Source: Ylistrum balloti
Lineage: Eukaryota
Length of the DNA stretch: 64,000 nt
Assembly (NCBI RefSeq): GCF_031769215.1
Contig: NW_026782300.1
Location: forward strand, 372,001-436,000
Direction of reading: 5' to 3'
The translations under genes were made by a program, and so were the position numbers. A model generated the notes under the pieces. The model had not been told where the DNA came from and searched no databases. It saw only the letters and a list, made by a program, of their open reading frames with translations. Below are positions 25,510 through 36,300 of the stretch, piece by piece (positions within the stretch are counted from its first letter, which is position 1; every line of letters starts with the position of its first letter).

Positions 25510-26631
25510 GCTGTGCAAGTATTACTGCTCTATTTCTGAAAAATAAAACAAATTCTTTAAGACAAAAAATCCACCACACCACCAGGATATCACTGACCAG
25601 ACAATATATCTATGTGAACATTTTATCTGCTGGTGCTTTGATAGATTTCACAAGAGGCCCTTAGGCCTAAATCCTCATCCGAATATATGACCTGTGAATT
25701 ATAAATTAACAAAAATAGTGGGGAAAATAATGAAATGATTAAAACAGTTTGGAATAGTGAAAAAATATTAATTAACTTTCACCGAGAAATGTGCGAGATA
25801 ACGGCGGTTTAATTATCACATACACTCTAATTAAGTCTCTCAGGATAAAACTAGCAGACTTTTCTTTTCTTGCTTGGGATGGTGATTTATTGTACGACTC
25901 AAATTTTCTGTGCTCATACAACATGATTTCAGAGCTATGCATTCAGTTGTAAGACTCACTCTATTATTAAGTCATCAATGAGGCAGGCCCGATATTTGAA
26001 TTTGGAACAGGTGACAAGATTTTCATACAAGAGAACACTGCAGTTATCTGACTTTTAAAATAAACAGTTCTAACAAATATCAATATAAATTGCCTTAGCT
26101 ACTCAGAGTGATAATTCCAACAGGCATATGGGCTGATTTGCTTTGCAGTAAAATGTCTGGGGATTTCTTTTAATGGCTGATCAGTTTTATTTGTAAACCT
26201 CCAGTTGTAGTTAGTAACAGCCAATTTTTCAGATGAAATTTACACAACTTTCTGCCAATTATATCACGTCATTTTTCCTGGTTGATTTCTATATTCTCAT
26301 TTTCAAATAGGTTTAACTTAGAAGAATTAATGCTTTTCTTATTAAAAAATCATAGCCTGCGGTCATTGATTGCACACTACTTCTACTTATATCTAGGATG
26401 TATTTATCTCTTACCAATTTATTACAATAACAAACAGTGTGATCATTAGCTACAGATTACCTTTATATTACCACTGGCAGCCATAAAATAATTTTCAGAC
26501 TGACCAGTGACAATTTTACTCAAACCAACTTAGAAACTTGCACTGCATCTATTTATGTTTATGATGTATCCGTTTTCTTTCTTTTTATTCCAATACCAGA
26601 AAGACATCAGAATGAAACTGCAAGAATTTAC

Positions 26632-26790
26632 CTCTGAATTAAGCGTACTCTACTCTGTTTCATCGATAAACATTATGTTATTATGTCCCGATTGTTACAC
26701 CTGTCGGGTCGGTGGAAATTTTTGTGCAACGGTAGAATAAAAATTAAAACTCCTCATTTATATTAGTGTCTGAGCATACGCCATTTTGTT
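26632..26790 (-). other. DMTF1: Candidate non-coding first exon of DMTF1
   Basis: CpG-containing segment starting at a sense-oriented CAAAATGGCG motif and ending at donor GAG|GTAAAT (26631-26630). A weaker donor CAG|GTGTAA lies at 26700. The 5' boundary is approximate. Confidence 0.4.
26779..26788 (-). promoter_or_regulatory. YY1-type motif CAAAATGGCG near the putative DMTF1 start
   Basis: Exact match in DMTF1 sense orientation. Confidence 0.45.
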
Positions 26791-27209
26791 TCAGAAGTTT
26801 TGTCGGAAACACGAATATCTAAATGGGAGTTGGTCAATTAATGAGTTTCTGACATGATTTAATTCTTTCACATCTTTTGACAGTTGTGTCCTCTTTACCA
26901 CGTGGGTAAGCCGAGAATCTTACTTCGATGTTTTCGTCCGGGTGTTTCATCAAGAACCAGGATGAGCAAGGACCAGGATGGCGGATGAACAATTTTTTTT
27001 GTATCGATTTTTTTCTGTAATGAATTAAATTTGCGAAGTAAATAACAAAATCAGTAATCGATAAGAAACTACGGTTATAATTTGCATTGTATGACATGAA
27101 TAATAGTAGGAAATACCAAAATGCCATACATTGCAGAAGGAACTATATCAGAACTTTATTTTCATGCGTAACACAATAGATTACCGATGTAAAGAGGCTA
27201 GTAACAAGG

Positions 27210-27219
27210 TCTCGCGAGA
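27210..27219. promoter_or_regulatory. TCTCGCGAGA palindrome (BANP/'CGCG' element)
   Basis: Exact 10-bp palindrome 8 nt upstream of the SUCLG2 ATG; a known housekeeping-promoter motif. Confidence 0.55.
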
Positions 27220-27227
27220 TTACAGAC

Positions 27228-27311
27228 ATGGCTGCGCCTATGCAGATATTGCGGTCGTCCATGCGACTTTCGTCGTATCGATGCTTATGCAAAGGGAGAT
27301 GGAATCGCAAG
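27228..27311 (+). CDS. SUCLG2: SUCLG2 exon 1 (mitochondrial targeting peptide)
   Basis: [28 protein letters not shown]|gttggc; phase 0 fits exon 2. Confidence 0.8.
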
Positions 27312-30300
27312 GTTGGCAACAATACTATATTATAATATGTACAATTTGGGTGCATACCATAGTTCAATTGCAAACCCTTTTTATCGAAATCGATATAATG
27401 ATTTCTTCTCACGTAACCAGTGTTCTTACTTGGTTTACCTCGGACTTTACCATTAATAATATACATGGGATATCGGATCCGAATAATCAACTGTCAGACG
27501 AATCTTATCTAAGTAGGCCAGGGCATCGTGTCAGTTTGACGGTCGTGTCGCGAACTTATGAAATGAACTACACAGAATTACTTTGTGGAGTTGCAGATAT
27601 ATATATATATATGCCCATGGTTAAGGCATAAAAATAAAGAATGGTCGGGACTATCGTCACGTTTGTATTTTGTGATTTGTCATTTTCAACTGCAGTAAGA
27701 ACAAAAATTAAAGTTACTGAAAATTTCAGGATTCTCTCGCCTCCCAGATTTTTTTTTTTTGTAATCCGCCAAATTTCTCATTTGAGGTAAATCGCTCGGA
27801 ATCTACTGTTCTTTAGCAGTCACTGAAGTCTACATTGTCTATATTAGCTTTGCCACTTTACTAAATAATCCAAACTCACTATTTGGGACATTCGTCTTAC
27901 TTGATGTTCACAAAAGAAGTGTGAACCACCATGATTTTGCGGTCCGCATATGGGAAATATTTCCAAAAAGGAACAAATCAATTTGGCTGTCATTGATACA
28001 GGTTTATTTGCATAAATAATAAACATCAGCAAATGACAGAGATAACAGAAGCAATGAAACAGGTGGTAGGGTATGAAAACCAAAGGGTAGTAATCTGGAT
28101 TAAGAGTTTTTTTTTTTTTTTTGGAGAGGGGGGCGGGTGCAGGAGAGGAAATAGTCACATATAACTGAATTCATTTTGTAATATGTATTAAACATTGAAT
28201 TCCATTTCATTTTGACATTCTTAATACTCCATGTGTTCTAGAGTTTATATCCAATTAACACAATAAGGAAAAAATCCATTTTCTTGATTTATAATTTCAA
28301 AGCAAAAAAAAAGCATCTATCAATATCAGATGTACCAATCATGTACACTAATTCAAACTGGATATAAAATTAGTTGTGCGATTGCAAAAGTTTTCAGGGT
28401 TAATTACAAAGCTTATGTTATATATACAGCTTAGAAATGACCGTTTTAGAATAATATAATTAATGGAAGCACAACTGATCTTTATAGTGTATAATGATAT
28501 AGATATGGAAGCATTTCACAGGATGCATCCATTAATCAACTCTCCTCATTGTTACTTAAAATTGTTGTCTATGTTTTTTTTTTAATTAGTTAACTTTTCA
28601 ATTTCAGGTCAAATGGGTGTATACAGTGTTTCTATACTCAATTTGATATTGATTAAATTATATACATAAGTTTGTTTGTTTGTTTGGTTTTTTTTTTTTT
28701 TTTTTTTGTTTACTCTCCCTTGCCATTCTACTGAGAAATACATTGGTTCATTGGAGCCAGGGAAATCTACTACATGTTAGATATACATTGTTCAGTCCCC
28801 CTGACTTCCCTGTCAGGATTCACACTAATGCACTCTCCCTTCTCCCTGCTAGGATTCACACAGGTTCAAAGAACATTAACCTTACCTCTGTGTGGAGATG
28901 AATGATATAATGTTAGTTTTGTAGTAACTGTTATATTCTAAGTACCAGTACTTGCCCTTTTCTGGAGATATTCATTATAGTCAGGTCACAAGCATTGAAG
29001 GAGCATGCTCATTTTATTATCAGGAAGACTTATTCAGCTCAAAATATTGTATATTATTTTCTGGGGAATTAATGTTGACTTTTTGTAATAAGCTCTTGAT
29101 TTTAATCAAATTTTAATCAGTATTTTTGTTTGCATAAAAAATTGTGTTATCTTATGTTAGAAGATGATTGAGACAAGTTCTGAATGTTTTCTATATCCTG
29201 TCAACATTTTTGTGCAGTGGAATAATTGTATTAGAATTTACTGGATTACAGATCTGTTTTTCATTGGTTTTATTTACAGGCAGCTGCTGTAACTATACCA
29301 TCTCGAAATCTCAACCTACAAGAATACCAAAGTAAGAAGTTAATGGATGATGGAGGCGTGTCTGTACAGAAATTTGTGATGGTCAGCAGTCCTGAGGAGG
29401 CTAAAGATGCCGCAGAAAAATTAAGTAGGCATCACTTTATACTTTGGTTGAAAAAATTAGAAATATGTTCAAAGGCTGTTGATATACATGAATAAATTAG
29501 GCAATGCTGAAAAAATGTGTTATGAACAGGTGACACAGATATTTCAGTCTTGGACTTTGACTTTTACGTAGGCACTTTCATCGCCAATGTTGAAAATGCA
29601 CTACTTGTATATCTCAGGTAAGACCCCCCAATAGATGCATGGTGTTTATTTTCTAAGAATAATTTATCCATTATAAGCATTTTGTCAAAAGGCAATAAAT
29701 CAAGCGCTCCATCTTTATTGCAGGTATATTGAGATGTTTAAAGAGGGTTTTAGGCTGAAGGTAACACAGTTACTGTTACAGTCTGTTGTCACAGCCTTTG
29801 GAACTAGTTGTTACTACCAATCCTAGCTTTTTGATTAGTGGAAATATTCCAATGATTTCCCAGTAATCCCTAAAGGCAGTCGTTAGCTTTGGCCATGCCG
29901 CCATCTTTCAAACCTGTGTCATGCATCATACTGTCACTATGAGACAATCAAGTATTATAAAATATTTCTAAAAACTTCCTAAAATTGACAGACTAGGTGT
30001 TCACAAAATTATTCAGATTGAGATTTGTATAAATCACAAACTAGCATTACTCTGGTTTGCAGAGAATTCTCCAAGGCAGGACAATATGGTGGAATGCACT
30101 GAATTATGGGATCATTAACATCTATTCTTACTGGTCTATCTAAAAGTCTGCAACAAGTGATAATCAGCTTAATTAAGAGTCACAAAGACTCTTCAGAAAT
30201 TTTATTTTAACATAAACAATACTGTGAGCGTTGGCACTATACATGGTGTATCACACTTCAGGAAAGCATCTTCAATTATATATCTTAAAATACTAAATAA

Positions 30301-33300
30301 AGAAAGTGACATTAAAAGATCTATACTTGATATGATTATTACTACCGATGAAGGGAAGGTGTGAACGTTTCAAGTACTGTAGTACTGAACAAAGTATTGA
30401 TAGTATTGTATTGAAGTACTTCACCAATCGAATTCCTTAAATTTATGCAACAAGCTCTCTGATTGGCAGAGCCAAGTCTAGATCGATTGTGGGTGGAGCC
30501 AGGTGAAAAAATACTGTGCAGACATCGGCATTTTACAAACACTCGACTGTCGCGAGAGGTTAATTGGAAGAGTCCAAGTCACAGGTGGCTTCAGATCAGA
30601 CCTAATTGGGTTGTCCCATTTGTTTCGTTCTACACCCAATGATACTTTGCTTTTCCATCGATGGTACAACGAGAAAACGAAAGTTACTCAGTACTAAACT
30701 AATTTACGTACAAAATATATATCAACAGGTTAGATCACTGGGACCGGAGAATTCATAACATCTTAACAGTGAATGTAGTCACATAGTCATTCTGTACTAG
30801 TTTTATTTATTTATTTATTTTTTTGAAAGGGGGGAGGGTTGGCTCAAAATATTTCGGTTTAAGCCCAAGCTCTATTATATGTAACAAAGAATTACGAATT
30901 ACCTGGGACCTCCTGATATATGCCGATAATTCATACTGCATTAAAAAATAAAGGAATTCTGTGGTCTCATATATTTTTTATTTTATTTTTTATCTTTCCA
31001 TCGAAAATTATACATATCCGCAACATGTGAAAAAACTTTGAAGTTGGTTGGGCGGAATATCTAGAGCATTTACTACTGCAAGTTCCAGAAATTCTGACAC
31101 AAGTCGGGTATATTTGCCCGAAGCCTCTGTCTCATGACATTGAATACATATTCAGTTACGTTGTATTCCGGGGAATAAGGCGGCTGAAAAACCAGGGACA
31201 CGCCATATTCTTTCAGCATATTTCTTAAAATGCGCTCTCCTGTCTATGGTGATGGAATCCACAATTATCCATCACAACCACATCGCCTTGTACAAAAACA
31301 GGATTCCCCATATCGTTCGTATCGGACATAATTTCGTCCAAGAAAATTTTGCGTACTGTTGTCGTCGTCGGACATTTTTCCAGCGATTACTTAGTACTTG
31401 TTATGTAACTGATAGTGTACATTAACTCCGCCTACCGGAACAAATTGGGTGTCAGATCAACTATTCAGGTTGTCTAAACTCCGCCCCCGACCAATCACAG
31501 AGGTCGTTGTATACTTGACTCGATTATTTGAATACTTCAATACAATAGTATCAATACTTTGTTCAATACTATAGTAAGTGTGTCGTTCACACCTTCCCTT
31601 CATCGGTAGTAATACATTAATATACAAAGTTTCTGATTCATATACGAAAAATGGCCGAGTTATGAAGATGTTACTCTAACAAAAATAACAGCTTGTCACA
31701 TTTTTTTTTTTGCTTTGCGTTTCCTTTTTTAAAATTCTGTTTTTGTTTTTTTTTTTTTTTTTTTTTGTAGTTGTTTTTAGTTTTCAATATTGAGTTAAGA
31801 ACTATTCATATCTCTAGTATTTTTGAATTTCTCAATAAAATTAGTTGTAATTTGATATGTTTGTTTTATAATGATTTCTTTTAATTCATTTCAGAGGTGG
31901 ATGAATATGTAATTAAAGCTCAGATTCTGGCAGGAGGAAGAGGCAAGGGAACATTCTCCAATGGCTTCAAGGGAGGAGTACATTTAACCAAAGAGTAAGT
32001 GTCAGAAATTAAGTAAAACCCACCATTATATATTTCTTATAATGCTTAAATTTTCAGTTATTTGTTCAACATTTCTACTTAAGCAGATATAAGATGTAAG
32101 AAAACAGAAATTACCTGTTTATTATACCATGTAGTGTAAGAAATAAGAAGAGAAGTTTAAATCTAAAACTGGCCTACAGAGAATTATTTTGTTTTCTGAA
32201 TCATATGTATACAACATATTGACAATGGCCTTCTACAAATAGTTCATTTATCATAATCTAAGATTTTATTTGTAATTCAGGTATCCCATCATGCTTAATT
32301 AATATGCATGTGCTTCCTCCCTCATACCATCAGTAACAATTATTGATCAAGGTGACTTTGTCTTACATGTTTGCCCATACCTCTCCTAATATTTCACATT
32401 AGACAATTGGGCATCATTGTGATATTTCTGTTTTCTAGATGTTAAAAGTTTTTTCTTTGAATTTTAGTCCTTCCAAAGTGAAGGGAATTGTTGACAACAT
32501 GCTTGGTCACAAACTGACAACGAAACAGACACATGCTGATGGGGTCAAGGTCAATCAGGTTAGTAATAGCATTGAGATTAACAGTTTAATGCTGATATGA
32601 TATCTTGTTATTTATGAAATTAGCTACATTTGTAGTAGGTTTAACCAGACTGAAAATTTATCAAATATTATGAGTTTTCTACATCAGCAGTTCATGGAAA
32701 AGTATATACCTTCTACCATTCTACATCTGATTTGGAAATTAAACCATGACTGTTTTGATGAAAGCTGGCTTTTCCATTGAAAGGCCATAATAGTGGACCT
32801 AAACCCGTTAAATAAGTAGATAAATAGATAAAACTGTACAACCAGGCCACCTGGTTCAATTTTAAGCTCTGTGGAGATGGAGCCACTTTTCAGAACAAGA
32901 ATCAGTAGGTAAAGTTTATATATCTAAAAAAAATTCTCTGGTTTTATGTCACCTAGGTGATGGGATCAGAATGTCAGGATGTTTCCAAGGATACATTTTA
33001 ATGGAAAATTTTCAAGCTTCTATCACTTAGTTCATGGTCTTTGAATCTGTAGATATTTCCATGGAAACTTAACCAGATTTGTGGTTTCCTGCCTGATGAT
33101 ATCAGAATCTTGGGATATTTCTGAATCACTTAATCATTGTTACATCTGATAGAGATGATTCCAACTTCCGTAATGTAGCATCATAATATTACTTTACTTG
33201 GATGGAGTATAACAAACTTTGTGGTACCAAGACACTTTATTTCCAAAGATAGTTGAATCCACTCTCTGAATTGTGTTGTGTAGGTGATGGTCGCAGAAGC

Positions 33301-36300
33301 TCTGGACATCGCCAAGGAGACCTACTTTGCCATTGTGATGGACCGAGGTTTCAATGGTCCTGTCATGGTGGGTAGTAAACACGGAGGTGTAGACATTGAG
33401 GAGACGGCGGAGAGAGATCCAGATTCAATAATCAAGGTATAGAGTCAGTAACATTAATTGAAACACTAATCAAAGGGATCATTAAAAAGACACTAGTCTA
33501 AAGTTTAAAAATTCATAAAAGGACATGTGTTGTCCTTCTGATCACTAGTAAACATGATCAAATAATTAATGTTGTCACTTGATACTTAAATCCTCAAAAT
33601 CTCCTTAGAGCTATTCCAGTAAAACATCTATTAGATCTCAGGACTCAAAAATACTTTTATATATGGTTCGGTTTCCTGCCTGTTACTTACAAGCAAATTA
33701 TCAGTTGAATTCCATAGGTGGTATACCCCAACATAATCTGGAGTTTTAGAGTGGGATAAATGTTTTGGATTAGCCCTAATATTAACACAATGTTTTCAGA
33801 AAGAATCCATTGCTATTTAAGTCATTCACTGGCTAGGTATACGAAAGAGTGAACTAATTACATCAGTGAGACCTACACTACTATGAAGCAATCATTTGCT
33901 TTTGAAATAATTTCAAGTCTCTGCAATGAAATTAAGTTTGGACTGGGGAACTATGACCCATTAGCCCTAATCTTATGGGTGGGTACATTACAAAATATTT
34001 CAGATAGGCATGTGTTATTGTTAGACAAAGATAAGGTTTTAGATATAACAGACAACATATGATGAAATCTGTATCATCTGAGGAAGGAGACATTGTGACT
34101 AGTGTAACATGAAATCTGTATCATTATTAGGAGGCAGTAGACATTGTGACTGGTATAACATAATATCTGTATCATTGGGGGCAGTAGACATTGTGACTGG
34201 TATAACATGAAATCTGTATCATCTGAGGAAGGAGACATTGTGACTGGTATAACATGATATCTGTATCATTGGAGGCAGTAGACATTGTGACTGGTATAAC
34301 ATGATATCTGTATCATTGGAGGCAGTAGACATTGTGACTGGTATAACATGAAATCTGTATCATTGGAGGCAGTAGACATTGTGACTGGTATAACATGAAA
34401 TCTGTATCATTGGAGGCAGTAGACATTGTGACTGGTATAACATGAAATCTATCATTATTAGGAGGCAGTAGACATTGTGACTGGTATAACATGATATCTG
34501 TATCATTGGAGACAGTAGACATTGTGACTAGTATAACATGAAATCTGTATCATTGGAGGCAGTAGACATTGTGACTGGTATAACATGATATCTGTATCAT
34601 TGGAGGCAGTAGACATTGTGACTGGTATAACAAGAAATCTGTATCATTGGGGGCAGTAGACATTGTGACTGGTATAACATGATATCTGTATCATTGGAGG
34701 CAGTAGACATTGTGACTGGTATAACATGAAATCTGTATCACTGGAGGCAGTAGACATTGTGACTGGTATAACATGAAATCTGTATCATTGGAGGCAGTAG
34801 ACATTGTGACTGGTATAACATGAAATCTGTATCATTGGAGGCAGTAGACATTGTGACTGGTATAACATGAAATCTGTTTCATTATTAGGAGGCAGTAGAC
34901 ATCGTGACTGGTATAACAGAGGAGCAGGCTCTCAGAATGGCAGAAAAGTTAGACTTCACTGGGGAACATCTTCAAGAGGTATGATGTCAAGATAGAAACA
35001 CATTTAGTCAGTGTTATTATTGTGAATCTGTACATAGTTAAACAATGATAAAAACAATAAATAATATTTTACAAAATACAGCTTGCATGCAACATTGTCT
35101 GTATGAAAATGTAAATGTTTCCAGGATGAACACTTATCAATACCAAAACATGAGTCTAACTAAAGAGTCCTTTTAATTAAAGGACAGTAAGGTTAAAATC
35201 ATTGTAGTTCTTTATGTTTTAGTGCATATGATATACTGGTTTCTCTTTGGTAAAGACAGATGTAGGGTTAAGTTTTGTTTTGTTTTGTGTTTTTTACTCT
35301 TAATTTCTTTGGATAGATTTGTTTATCAGAATATTCAAAGCAATGAAAACTTGTAGCTTTCACAATTCTTATCGGTTTATTGCAGGCAGCAACACAAATC
35401 ACTCGTCTCTATAACCTGTTCGTGAAGGTAGACGCCACACAGTTGGAGATCAATCCTTTTGGAGAAACACCAGATGGTAGAGGTAAGTCTATTGATGATT
35501 GGATACACTTTAGAAACTACTTGTGTAGAAATGTCAACATTTTTTCTCTTTTGCTTATTACCTTATTTCCCAGTAAACATTTTCCTTTCATTCTTAATTT
35601 ACAGTGGTCTGCTTTGATGCTAAGTTGAATTTTGATGACAATGCAGCATTCCGACAAAAGGAAATATTTGATATGGAAGACACGAGTGAAACAGATCCTC
35701 GTGAGATAGAAGCAAACAGACTCAAGCTAAACTACATTGGTTTGGATGGTAGCATTGGATGTTTAGGTATATATACATTGTTATAATAGTTTATTTGTTA
35801 TCAACATTTTATCATGGTTAAGTTTGAATAATTTCCACTGGGAAGTTTAGCATTAATTCTGTCCCCACATAGACAACTTTCTTACTATTTTTTCTTTCAT
35901 TAATCAGTCTTGTTTGGTAATTGAAAATCTGAAAGTAAGTAAATCAATTTCCACATACTGTGTGCTATTACCAGCTGATTAAGGGTTTCACTAGCAGAAA
36001 ATGACTTTAGTCCACTTCCAAGCTGTTCTTGTAGGACAGGTGATATTCAGCCAGTTAATGGGTACAAGTGGAAGCTTTCAGAAAGTCATTTAAACTTTCC
36101 TTGAATAGTCGATCATACTTTTATATATTCTACAGTCATGATCTTTAACTTTGATCCAAGTCTGAGGAAATGGGATATTGAAGCAATTTCAATTTAATAA
36201 TTATTTGGATTACCTCCCTTCATCTATCTTTCGTAGTGAATGGAGCTGGTCTTGCTATGGCAACCATGGACATCATCAAACTACATGGCGGAGAACCAGC

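Larger units (their letters stand above)
26640..27227. promoter_or_regulatory. Putative bidirectional promoter shared by DMTF1 and SUCLG2
   Basis: CpG-rich interval between divergent genes. It holds CGCCATTTTG (YY1-type, 26779-26788), palindromic CCACGTGG (E-box, 26898-26905) and TCTCGCGAGA (27210-27219). Confidence 0.6.

Noticed and set aside
25650-25700. ACAAGAGGCCC element-end fragments (also about 41394)
   Set aside because: Only the short 3' terminus is visible and no element body could be delimited.
27131-27631. 166-aa ORF overlapping SUCLG2 exon 1 in another frame, and the antisense 115-aa ORF
   Set aside because: The plus-strand ORF starts at TTG, and neither has recognisable motifs. 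The ATG-27228 frame gives the targeting peptide and splices in phase.
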